Shown: positions 1-7,919, counted from the stretch's first letter. The stretch is 18,691 bases of DNA from Candidatus Ratteibacteria bacterium (GCA_049971295.1 JBMFLH010000036.1:1-18691), one strand, 5' to 3'. Program-made: numbers and translations. Notes: generated from the letters alone by a model not told the origin.

Positions 1-545
1 AGTCCGCAAACAAAAATTTTTTTAACATCAGATGAAAAAACTGTATGCGCAGCAAAAGGATCGCAGGAGATATTCCATTCCAATTTTTTATTTTCTCCAA
101 AAAACATACCTCCCATAATGTACATTGACTTCAACAATCGGGGTAATTGTGGGTCAATCTTAAAAACAATTCCAATATTGGTTAAAGGACCAATGGTGAT
201 AAGGTTTATTTCGCCAGGATTTTTTCTTATTATATCTCTCAAAAAATTAAACCATTCCCCTGTAAAGATTTTTCTGTAGGAGGTCCTTTCAAGAAATTCA
301 TATTGCTGGGCAATTTTCTGCTTCTGCTGACCTATAAATGGTTCTGCAATCCCGGGGAAAACAGGAATATTTTTTCCTGTCTTTTCACATAGGTAACTCG
401 CAATCATCGCCCTTTTTTCTGGCTCACCGGTAACTGTCGTTATTCCAAGTAATTCACACTGAGGGTGTAAAAGAAGATAAGCCAGGCATATTGCATCATC
501 TATGTCAGTTCCAATATCAGTATCAAGAATCACTTTTTCTTTCAT
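1..545 (-). CDS. Nucleoside hydrolase (inosine-uridine preferring family), 3' end beyond window
   Basis: Not in ORF track. Manual translation of the minus strand from ATG at 545 gives MKEKVILDTDIGTDIDDAICLAYLL...ELLGITTVTG...NIPVFPG...INLITIGPLTNIG...MYIMGG...EWNISCDPFAAHTVF, open to the window edge. The DxDxGxDxDD Ca-binding motif and the IGPLTN, IMGG and EWN..DP motifs are family hallmarks. Confidence 0.93.
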   Translation of the reverse strand, partial: MKEKVILDTDIGTDIDDAICLAYLLLHPQCELLGITTVTGEPEKRAMIASYLCEKTGKNIPVFPGIAEPFIGQQKQKIAQQYEFLERTSYRKIFTGEWFNFLRDIIRKNPGEINLITIGPLTNIGIVFKIDPQLPRLLKSMYIMGGMFFGENKKLEWNISCDPFAAHTVFSSDVKKIFVCG

Positions 546-1071
546 ATATTTGTTTCAGTTTGTCTTCAAAAATTTTATAGGAATTTTCATCAAAAAGAAC
601 AAACCTGATTTTTTTAATAGAATGGAGTTGCGGAATTGTTTCCATCACTGCTTTAATTGAAATTTCAGCGGCTTCCTCAACAGGATAACCAAAAATTCCT
701 GTTGAAATTGCCGGAAATGCAATAGATTTCAGTTCTTTATTATCTGCCAGTTTCAAAGAGTTTTTATAGCATAGCGCAAGTTTTTCTGAAGGATTTTTTT
801 CTTCAGAATAAACAGGGCCAACAGTATGAATAACAAATGGATTTGATAAGCCATAGCCCCTGGTAATTACAGCCTGGCCTGTTTCAATTGGTGCGAATTT
901 TTTACATTCCTGATAAAGAAGTGGACCTGCCTTTCTATGTATTGCTCCTGCAACTCCACCACCAGGGGCAAGTTGCTTGTTTGCTGCATTCACAATAACA
1001 TCAATATCACTTTGCGATGTAATATCACCTTTTATACACTCAATGTCAACAGATTTTATTTTAAAAATCAT
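523..1071 (-). CDS. Macro domain protein (MacroD/YmdB-type O-acetyl-ADP-ribose deacetylase / ADP-ribosylhydrolase)
   Basis: GDIT, VIVNAAN, GGGVAGAIH, IHTVGP and IAFPAISTGIFGYP motifs all present; 182 aa. Confidence 0.95.
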   Translation of the reverse strand: MIFKIKSVDIECIKGDITSQSDIDVIVNAANKQLAPGGGVAGAIHRKAGPLLYQECKKFAPIETGQAVITRGYGLSNPFVIHTVGPVYSEEKNPSEKLALCYKNSLKLADNKELKSIAFPAISTGIFGYPVEEAAEISIKAVMETIPQLHSIKKIRFVLFDENSYKIFEDKLKQIYERKSDS

Positions 1072-1077
1072 AAGAAA

Positions 1078-1105
1078 ATTTTAACACAGATTCTGGCAAA
1101 AACAA
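1078..1105 (-). promoter_or_regulatory. Putative extended -10 promoter for macro domain/nucleoside hydrolase, probably leaderless
   Basis: Minus strand reads TGT-TAAAAT (hexamer at 1078-1083) ending 6 nt before the ATG at 1071. Weak TTGTTT (1100-1105) lies 16 nt upstream. No Shine-Dalgarno before the ATG. Confidence 0.5.
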
Positions 1106-1112
1106 TAAAAAT

Positions 1113-1140
1113 TTGACAGAACATCACGAATAACTAAAAT
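1113..1140 (+). promoter_or_regulatory. Sigma70-type promoter
   Basis: TTGACA (1113-1118), 16-nt spacer, TAAAAT (1135-1140), followed by a purine-rich AGGAAAG just upstream of ATG 1166. Confidence 0.65.
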
Positions 1141-1165
1141 CAATCAGAATAAGATAGGAAAGCAA

Positions 1166-2490
1166 ATGAACACAAAATTGTTTCAGGAAAAAGTATATGG
1201 TTTTAACAAGAAGAATAATGGAGCAGGGCCCCTGTGGTGCCTCGGTTCTTCCTGTATTGCTGCTATTAAGGACAGAGTTTTTATATGCGGCTGGGAAACA
1301 TGGAAGATATTCCTCCACTTAATTGTGCAAGATGGACTCTATTTAAAAAAGAAAAACATGGCTGGAATATAATAACGCAAGATACACAAAAACAAGGGAA
1401 CCCTCACCTATCAGTAGTTTCAAAGATGGCAGAATTCTGGTATCTGAAAATCCATTCATGCTTGAACCAGAAGCATACCAGAGGGTTGCCCTTCCCAGGG
1501 TTACTGAATTTATTCCGCCAGAATATAAAAATCAAAAAATTGCTCTTCCTTATTGGAGTGAACCCGTAACATTTACAGAACACTCATACAGAAATTTTGC
1601 TTCTGACAGTGAAAATTGCGAAGCAATACTTTTTCATAATAAGGATTACGACAGGGCTTACTGGACGTTTCCTGATAAATCTGGCAGGTGGTCACATTGC
1701 GGAAAGTTATACTGGGTATGGGGACATGATTATCCAGAACCCCAATCAATACGACTCTGTTACAACAATATTCAAATAAAAAATCGCGCTGTCTTTATTT
1801 TTGGAACAAGTGATATTATAGAACCGGTTCCAGAATGGAGACAATATAAAAGAAGCATCACAGGAAGAGAGTGGGATTATGATTTAAGAAGAGTATTTTT
1901 TTCTTTTACATTAGATATTACACATGAACCATTTAGATACTGGACTGAAATATCCAACAGAGAAAAAACCGCAGGTAATGCAAGGAATTGCGACCTTTAT
2001 GTAGACAACAATGATATTGTTCATCTTCTCTGGATGGAAAAAGTTGCGACGAAAGATTAAGAGAAAAATTCTTTTCTGGTGAACCCCTAACATATTCTCT
2101 TGAATATGCCCAGTTGAAAATGCAAGAAATTATAGAAAGAAAAACAATTTTATTTTTCACAGAACAGCATCCAGAACAATATCCGTGTGGCATAAAAAAT
2201 ATCAACTTTCTATGGGGCAGATTTCACGTAACAGGAAAAGAAAAATTGCTTGTTATCACTTCAGTATATGGAACAGATGAAAATGCCAATATTCTTGCTG
2301 AAAATTATTTAATTTTGATTGATTCTACAGGCAATATCGTCGATAAAAAACTCTCGATTTTAAAAATCCATTCACTACATTTCACACTGCCAGCATAAGA
2401 AATGGATATCCTCCATCAAATACTATTCACATCTATAGATATATTACAAAACCTGACAATGAAATGTGGTATGGTCGCATTGAAATATAA
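1166..2490 (+). pseudogene. Uncharacterised ~442-aa protein gene split by four single-base frameshifts (pseudogene or sequencing error)
   Basis: ORFs 1166-1372, 1285-1569, 1458-2060, 2114-2398 plus an unlisted frame 2350-2490 each step -1. Adding one base at about 1298, 1390, 2040 and 2348 gives 1329 nt without an internal stop: MNTKLFQEKVY..NNGAGPLWC..GWETMEDIPPLNCARW..TREPSPISSFKDGRILVSENP..FTEHSYR..WDYDLRR..LLWMEKSCDERLREKFF..KNPFTTFHTASIRNGYPPSNTI..WYGRIEI*. Confidence 0.8.
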
Positions 2491-2509
2491 AATCAGGCAT
2501 TAATCGAAA

Positions 2510-3079
2510 TTATGTCTGATGTGCCTGAAAATGAATAGAAATCACCTCCGACCCAGATTCATAAAGTTCAGGCACAATCCTATGAACAAGGTCCCAGGCA
2601 ATTGCCTGTTCAGGATTCAATGTAGTTCTTTCCAGCATTGCAGAAATCACTTCATCAATTGTTTTGTTTGAGTTTGAGGAAATAATCTTTGCGATATTTT
2701 CTATGTCTATCCGTAAACCTTTCAGGCGTTCCTCAAGTTGCTTTTCCTCAAGATTTTCGTTCTGTCTGAATGCCACACTAACTCCATGCAACAAAAATCT
2801 TGCCTGGGGCACAGAAAGTCGAGTTTTGCCAGCACAGAATAGCACCACACCAATAGAATCAACACTTCCGAAATTATGAGTTATAATTTCTGCTGGAATT
2901 CCTTTTAAGTAATTATAAGCGCTCAATCCGTGAAAAACAGAACCACCCGGTGAAGAAATCAGAATTGTAAATTTTGAGATACCTTCTCGGATTTTCTGGT
3001 CAATGGAATTCATCAATGCATTGATGCTTGCATCCATTACAGGAGCAAAAAATTTTATTACCACATTTTTCCTGTTCAT
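2510..3079 (-). CDS. ClpP-like serine protease (Clp protease proteolytic subunit family, divergent)
   Basis: LISSPGGSV, GSVDSIG (nucleophile Ser position), ARFLLH (catalytic His) and a C-terminal LNPEQAIAWDLVHRI resembling ClpP LSAxEAxxYGLVD. Confidence 0.85.
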   Translation of the reverse strand: MNRKNVVIKFFAPVMDASINALMNSIDQKIREGISKFTILISSPGGSVFHGLSAYNYLKGIPAEIITHNFGSVDSIGVVLFCAGKTRLSVPQARFLLHGVSVAFRQNENLEEKQLEERLKGLRIDIENIAKIISSNSNKTIDEVISAMLERTTLNPEQAIAWDLVHRIVPELYESGSEVISIHFQAHQT

Positions 3080-3085
3080 AATCGC

Positions 3086-4195
3086 CTATCTGTTGTATTC
3101 TAAAATCCTTTTTCTATAATGCATATAATTTTCAAAAGAGACCTCTTCAGGCACTCCATGGTCGCAAGTGGGAATATAACCACCACGTTTATACATTGCA
3201 GGTAAAATTCTGTCAAGATGTCTATCAATTTCATCCTTTGTTTTTGCAAGAACTCTCTTGTCAATTCCACCGAACATTGCAATGTCCGGAAATGTTTGAC
3301 CATCTCTTACAACATCACAGCCAGAAGCAACCTCAAAAGGACTCATAACATCCATTCCCAGTTCTTTATACAGGGGGATAATAGAGGTTGCATAGCCATC
3401 AGTATCAATATGGAAATAAAGATGTTTGCCTGATTTTGCCTGTCGTGATTTGATATTTGTAATAAGCTGCTGGTAGTAAGGAAAAATAAATTCTTTAATC
3501 ATTCTGGGAGAAATTAAAGGTCCATGGTTATAACATATATCTTCTCCAAAAAACAATTCATCAATTACAACATATTGTTGATGCATTTCTATAATGGCAT
3601 CTGCAAGGTCAAGCCAGGTTTTCATACAATCGTGGATTATGTCAGGATGGTCATAAAAAAATAACGGAAGTTCAGAAGGACCTATCAGGCATCTTAAGTA
3701 CATATAACCGCCAATCACCCTCTCTGTAATCATCATTCCTTTATTCTGTGCATCAATCAATTCTTGCAGTATTTTCATAAACTGAAGGTTTCTGACCTCT
3801 GTCTTAGGGTTTAGACGCCATTTCACATTTTCAATCCAGCTTTTCCAGTCTTTTACAGGATGCGAAACATATTCAGGCATAAAACCATTCCTTCTGCCTT
3901 TGAAAAAAAGTACATATCTGCCGGCTTCATCCTGAACAAGTTCGTAAGTGCCTTTGTCTTCTATAACCTTTGTTTCAAAATACGGTTCAAATGGGGCAAG
4001 AGTCCAGCCAAGCTGACTGATATTATAATTTCCTGGAGGGTCAAAACCAAAAATCTCATCAAGATTTGTGTTTTCGTCAATCTTTCCCTCCTTCTTCCAT
4101 TTTTCAAGAGTAAAAAAACCAAATTCTCTTTGAAAAAACGGTGCATACGGTTTCCTTTCATAAATATCTCTTAATTTTTTTGCGCTTTCAATCAT
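3086..4195 (-). CDS. Uroporphyrinogen decarboxylase (URO-D)/MtaA-CmuA methyltransferase superfamily protein
   Basis: 369 aa with LRCLIG, GEDICYNHGPLISP, FIFPYY, DTDG, PFEVASG, GGIDK and GGYIPTCDHGVP motifs typical of URO-D-like TIM barrels. Not canonical HemE. Confidence 0.85.
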   Translation of the reverse strand: MIESAKKLRDIYERKPYAPFFQREFGFFTLEKWKKEGKIDENTNLDEIFGFDPPGNYNISQLGWTLAPFEPYFETKVIEDKGTYELVQDEAGRYVLFFKGRRNGFMPEYVSHPVKDWKSWIENVKWRLNPKTEVRNLQFMKILQELIDAQNKGMMITERVIGGYMYLRCLIGPSELPLFFYDHPDIIHDCMKTWLDLADAIIEMHQQYVVIDELFFGEDICYNHGPLISPRMIKEFIFPYYQQLITNIKSRQAKSGKHLYFHIDTDGYATSIIPLYKELGMDVMSPFEVASGCDVVRDGQTFPDIAMFGGIDKRVLAKTKDEIDRHLDRILPAMYKRGGYIPTCDHGVPEEVSFENYMHYRKRILEYNR

Positions 4196-5130
4196 TGTGT
4201 TTCCTTTTTACAGGTAGAGAAAAATTCCCATATTATCTGTTCTGCTTTTATATCTCTATTGGTTTTGCCGATGATCTTTTCAGGTAAATATTGAATCCCG
4301 CCAGGCCAGGTATGACCACCTCCAACGACCTTGTAAAGAATTACCTTTGTGCCATTATCGTTATTAACATAGGAATTAATCACTATGTATGACCCATCAC
4401 TTTTATTCGAATCAATAATTTTTTCAGGAAGTTTTTCAAAGCATTTATTTGTTTTTACCCAGAATTCCACAGTCATTTCAGTGGAAACTACATTGCCCCT
4501 ATTTTTTCCGAAAGCTTGTATCTTACCACCGTCATAGGGCACAAGTGGGTCAGAGGTACCGTTCATAATAAGAACAGAAACAGGGATCTTAGGTTTTGCA
4601 TCCGCAAGTTTTACAGGAAGATTTCCACATATTGCCGCGATTGCCGCGAAAACATCAGACATCTCGACTCCTAACCTGTAACACATCATGGCACCATTTG
4701 AAATACCAGCCGCATAAACTCTTATTCTGTCAATACTGAATTCTTTTGAAATAGATTCAAAAACTGTTCTCAAAAATTTTACATCATCCATTCTTGAGGA
4801 AAAAGAATCCCTTCCATCATTCCAGTACCTTTGATAACCATCAGGATAAACCACAATGAATCCATCTGTTTCTGCAAGCGTTCCAAATCCTGTAAAAGCA
4901 GCCATATTTTCACCAGAGCCACCTCCGCCGTGCAAAATAAAAACAAGAGGAAAACTTTTATCGGGATTGTAACAAGCAGGTACTTGTATGCTGTATGTTC
5001 TTTTAATCCCATCAATTTCAATAGTCCTTTTTTCTATACCATAAACAGGGATGCAACAATATATTGTAAAAATTAGAAAAAGATTTATTAATAATTTCAA
5101 TGTAAAAACCCTATTGTTCCGAGTTGTCAT
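4192..5130 (-). CDS. Secreted alpha/beta-hydrolase esterase (LpqC / PHB depolymerase family)
   Basis: N-terminal basic plus hydrophobic signal-like region; PLVFILHGGGG, GFIVVYPDG, GISNGA (GxSxG), NGTSDPLVP (Asp) and GGGHTWPG (His). Confidence 0.9.
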   Translation of the reverse strand: MTTRNNRVFTLKLLINLFLIFTIYCCIPVYGIEKRTIEIDGIKRTYSIQVPACYNPDKSFPLVFILHGGGGSGENMAAFTGFGTLAETDGFIVVYPDGYQRYWNDGRDSFSSRMDDVKFLRTVFESISKEFSIDRIRVYAAGISNGAMMCYRLGVEMSDVFAAIAAICGNLPVKLADAKPKIPVSVLIMNGTSDPLVPYDGGKIQAFGKNRGNVVSTEMTVEFWVKTNKCFEKLPEKIIDSNKSDGSYIVINSYVNNDNGTKVILYKVVGGGHTWPGGIQYLPEKIIGKTNRDIKAEQIIWEFFSTCKKETQ

Positions 5131-5944
5131 TCAAAAAATCAGTAATTTCCCTTATAAAGGTCAAAACGTGAATAACTTTCTCTTTTTCAAAAATTGGTAT
5201 CTTTCTTGTCTCTGTAACAATTTTTTTATCCCCAAAAAAATTTTCTTCTTTTGTAATCAAAATTTCGCCTCTACTGAAAACCGTTTCATATTCTTCTAAA
5301 ACTTTTGTAGCAAGAAATGGAAAAACATCAAAAATTTTTTTATTTTCGATTTCAACTTCAAGTCCTAAAATCCTGTTCCATCTTTTAAACGTCTCATTGA
5401 AGTATAAAATGTTATAGTCGCTATCAATAACATGAACGGCTTCTGGCAGTAAATCAAAAATTTTTAGCAGGGTTTTCTCTTGCACTGTTTCGTTCTTTAT
5501 TAATTCCTTTTGCGAAATTTCAGTTCCGTAGCTTATTATCGTTTTAATAATATCTCTGGCATCCCTGATATAAACATTCCACCAGCCAATCTTTTTCAAT
5601 GTTTTGTATCTTGTTTGAACAAAATTTTCATAATAACGATATTCGTAAAAACTTCCTTCAAAAATTTTAGAAAAAATAAATCTTAAATTTTCTTTGATAT
5701 TTTCCGGAATACATCTGTCAAACCAGTTCTCTCCAATTAAATCTTTAGCAGAATATCCAAGCAGTTTGGCTCCGTTTTCATTGATAAATTCAATATTTTC
5801 ATATTGATTAAGAGCCACAATAATACCTGGAAAATTAGAAACAATATTTTTGTGTTCTTCGTAAAATTTTTTATAATTTAATATTTCTAACTCTTTTATT
5901 CGCAAAAGCTCTTTCAAATTTTTAAGTTCTTCTTCAAAGCCCAT
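5111..5944 (-). CDS. Tandem PAS-domain protein without output domain
   Basis: N-terminal coiled-coil-like segment, then PAS-A (IEFINENGAKLLGYSAKDLIGENWFD...YEN...GTEIS) and PAS-B (ILYFNETF...KKIFDVFP...IREITD). Start placed at ATG 5944 (GGGA upstream) because the ORF-track TTG 5974 lies inside the predicted promoter. Confidence 0.8.
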   Translation of the reverse strand: MGFEEELKNLKELLRIKELEILNYKKFYEEHKNIVSNFPGIIVALNQYENIEFINENGAKLLGYSAKDLIGENWFDRCIPENIKENLRFIFSKIFEGSFYEYRYYENFVQTRYKTLKKIGWWNVYIRDARDIIKTIISYGTEISQKELIKNETVQEKTLLKIFDLLPEAVHVIDSDYNILYFNETFKRWNRILGLEVEIENKKIFDVFPFLATKVLEEYETVFSRGEILITKEENFFGDKKIVTETRKIPIFEKEKVIHVLTFIREITDFLNDNSEQ

Positions 5945-5964
5945 CTTTTTTCCCTGTTTGTAAG

Positions 5965-5993
5965 ATAATATCAAAAAAATTGTTTTATGACAA
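5965..5993 (-). promoter_or_regulatory. Sigma70-type promoter for the PAS-esterase-UROD-ClpP operon
   Basis: Minus strand TTGTCA (5988-5993), 17-nt spacer ending in TGA, then TATTAT (5965-5970). Confidence 0.55.
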
Positions 5994-6045
5994 GCATCAG
6001 AAGAGTTATTGATGTGAATATGAATTAAAAATAAACAATCAAGGA

Positions 6046-7128
6046 TTATTTCATACTACGGGCACACTGGTACATATAGATAATATTTTCAACAGGGATA
6101 TCAGATTGCAGATTGTGAGATGGTCCGCAAATATAACCGCCATTTTCCCCAAGTATTTCAATACAATTTTTTACCTCGTTTTCTATGTCTTTTCTGGTGC
6201 CAAACGGAAGGATCTTTTGAACATCTATTGCTCCATGAAAACAGATGTCCTTTCCAAATTCTCTCTTCAATTCTTTTAAGTTCATTCCAGATGCCGTGTG
6301 CTGCACAGGATTCAAAATATCAAGACCGATTTGTATCAAATCAGGAATGAAAATTTTCACACTGCCACATGAATGCAACATAGCCCGAATGTTGTATTTA
6401 TGACAGAGTTCAACTATTGCACGTAAGGGCTGTTTGAAAAATTCCCTGAAACTTTCCAGACCAATCAATTGACCTGTCTGAGTACCAAAATCGTCTCCAA
6501 GCAAAAAAATGTCAATTTTATCAGAATATTTTTTGAATATCGACTCATTGAGTGTGTAATGAAATTCAAAAATCTTATCAATAATCGCCCGTGCAATTTT
6601 TTTGTTTATGTGTAAATCCAGAAGAAAATTTTCAAATCCCCTCAGGTACATTGCAAGTTTGAAAAAGCTTGTCCGTGTGGTTAATCTATCACCCGTAAAA
6701 ACAATTGCAAATTTATCGTACAATTCTAATTTTTCTGTTGTAATTTCGAAAATGTCAGGACTCGGCAATTGAAATGTTTCTATATCCTTTACATCGTTTA
6801 TCCCTGCCAGAGGGGATTCATCAAGCTCGAAATATTCCCCTTTACCGTAGTTAATCCTTTTTCTTATCACACCCCAGATATCAATAAAACGATGCGCATC
6901 AAGTTGCCTTTGAAAGCTCCCATCTGGCATTTTTGTAAAATTTTCATCCTTTATTTCCAAATCAATGTATCTGATATCAATACCCAGTCTTTCCAACAGT
7001 TTTTCATAAGAGATAGAAAGATAATCGCACAGTGACCCAATTGTTTCATTCGTTGCCCATATATCAAGGGGGATTCTATCTATATTTTTTCTATCAACTG
7101 CGTTCATAACTCTTGTTTTTGGATTCAT
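6046..7128 (-). CDS. URO-D/MtaA-CmuA (cobalamin-dependent methyltransferase-like) family protein
   Basis: N-terminal MNPKTRV..A..RK.IDRIP; DIWGV; YLRGFENFLLDL; GDDFGTQ; LHSCGSV; LNPVQ; FHGAIDVQ; GGYICGPSHNLQ. Confidence 0.9.
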   Translation of the reverse strand: MNPKTRVMNAVDRKNIDRIPLDIWATNETIGSLCDYLSISYEKLLERLGIDIRYIDLEIKDENFTKMPDGSFQRQLDAHRFIDIWGVIRKRINYGKGEYFELDESPLAGINDVKDIETFQLPSPDIFEITTEKLELYDKFAIVFTGDRLTTRTSFFKLAMYLRGFENFLLDLHINKKIARAIIDKIFEFHYTLNESIFKKYSDKIDIFLLGDDFGTQTGQLIGLESFREFFKQPLRAIVELCHKYNIRAMLHSCGSVKIFIPDLIQIGLDILNPVQHTASGMNLKELKREFGKDICFHGAIDVQKILPFGTRKDIENEVKNCIEILGENGGYICGPSHNLQSDIPVENIIYMYQCARSMK

Positions 7129-7142
7129 GTTTTTCTCACTTT

Positions 7143-7919
7143 CTAATTTGAAAAGAGTCTGTATAGAAAATATAAAGCGAGAAGTACAAATAGTCCGAGG
7201 AATACAAAAAACGATGTGAAAAAATTCGCATTTTTTATAAACCAGACAACAAAGGAAATCAGGAGAAATAGTCCCGCAAAGGTAAATAGATTTTTTTTCA
7301 GATACGGCGTGGTGCGTCGTATTTCATGTTTCAATGTCTTTATCGATGGCTTTAATGTGCCACAGGATTTGCAATGATTGACATTTTCTGAATTTGTCAT
7401 ACTGCATTCAGGACAGATCCAAAGTTTCTTTTTCTTTAAAAGGATTTCCTTCTTTGTCATATTAATTTTGTGAGAAATTTCTGGAGTTTCTTTTACAAAA
7501 CGGGCCTTCTGATACCACGTAAGAGCATTTTCAAAATCAAGTTTTGAAAAATAGATATCACCAATTCTTTCGAATACGGAAACATTGCCGGAAATACCAG
7601 CGCTTCTCAACAATCTGTCAATCTCAACTTTTGTCTTCTGTTCTTCATATCTATGATCAAGAATTAGATTGATCCTTCTGACAGCGAAGTACGCTACCAC
7701 GGGAATAACAGGCGCAAAGAAAATAAAATTTTTTGAAAATTTTCCAGCGAAACTAAAAAAGGATCCAACAAGGCATGCTGCGATTAAAATTTCAAAAAAT
7801 GCAAAACTGCCGGGGCCCATATACCAATCATGATAATACATGAACCATATCCACCATGCTTCAATAGCAATCAGTGTAATCACAAAGACGAAAAAAATAG
7901 GTGCAATTTCAGTTATCAT
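7143..7919 (-). CDS. Membrane protein with TPR-like repeat and RanBP2-type C4 zinc finger
   Basis: About three N-terminal and two C-terminal hydrophobic helices; VFERIGDIYFSKLDFENALTWYQKA is TPR-like; WICPECSMTNSENVNHCKSC matches W-x-C-x2-C-x3-N-x6-C-x2-C. Confidence 0.7.
   Translation of the reverse strand: MITEIAPIFFVFVITLIAIEAWWIWFMYYHDWYMGPGSFAFFEILIAACLVGSFFSFAGKFSKNFIFFAPVIPVVAYFAVRRINLILDHRYEEQKTKVEIDRLLRSAGISGNVSVFERIGDIYFSKLDFENALTWYQKARFVKETPEISHKINMTKKEILLKKKKLWICPECSMTNSENVNHCKSCGTLKPSIKTLKHEIRRTTPYLKKNLFTFAGLFLLISFVVWFIKNANFFTSFFVFLGLFVLLALYFLYRLFSN

Noticed and set aside
523..1071. Macrodomain as DarG antitoxin or Thoeris-type defence component
   Set aside because: Stand-alone MacroD-type sequence with no DarT, SIR2, TIR or other defence gene nearby.
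1124..2205. Small ORFs 1124-1318, 1597-1779, 1911-2093, 1933-2205, and treating the + fragments as separate genes
   Set aside because: Better explained as shadows and pieces of one frameshifted gene.
1166..2490. Stop-codon readthrough, selenocysteine or an alternative genetic code as the cause of fragmentation
   Set aside because: Fragments end in TAA and continue in a different frame. TGA, TAG and TAA all terminate intact genes elsewhere in the window.
2510..3079. ClpP-like gene as a prophage head maturation protease
   Set aside because: No portal, terminase, capsid or integrase genes, and it is embedded in a metabolic operon.
3086..7128. Calling either URO-D-family gene hemE
   Set aside because: The HemE N-terminal RQAGR motif is absent from both.
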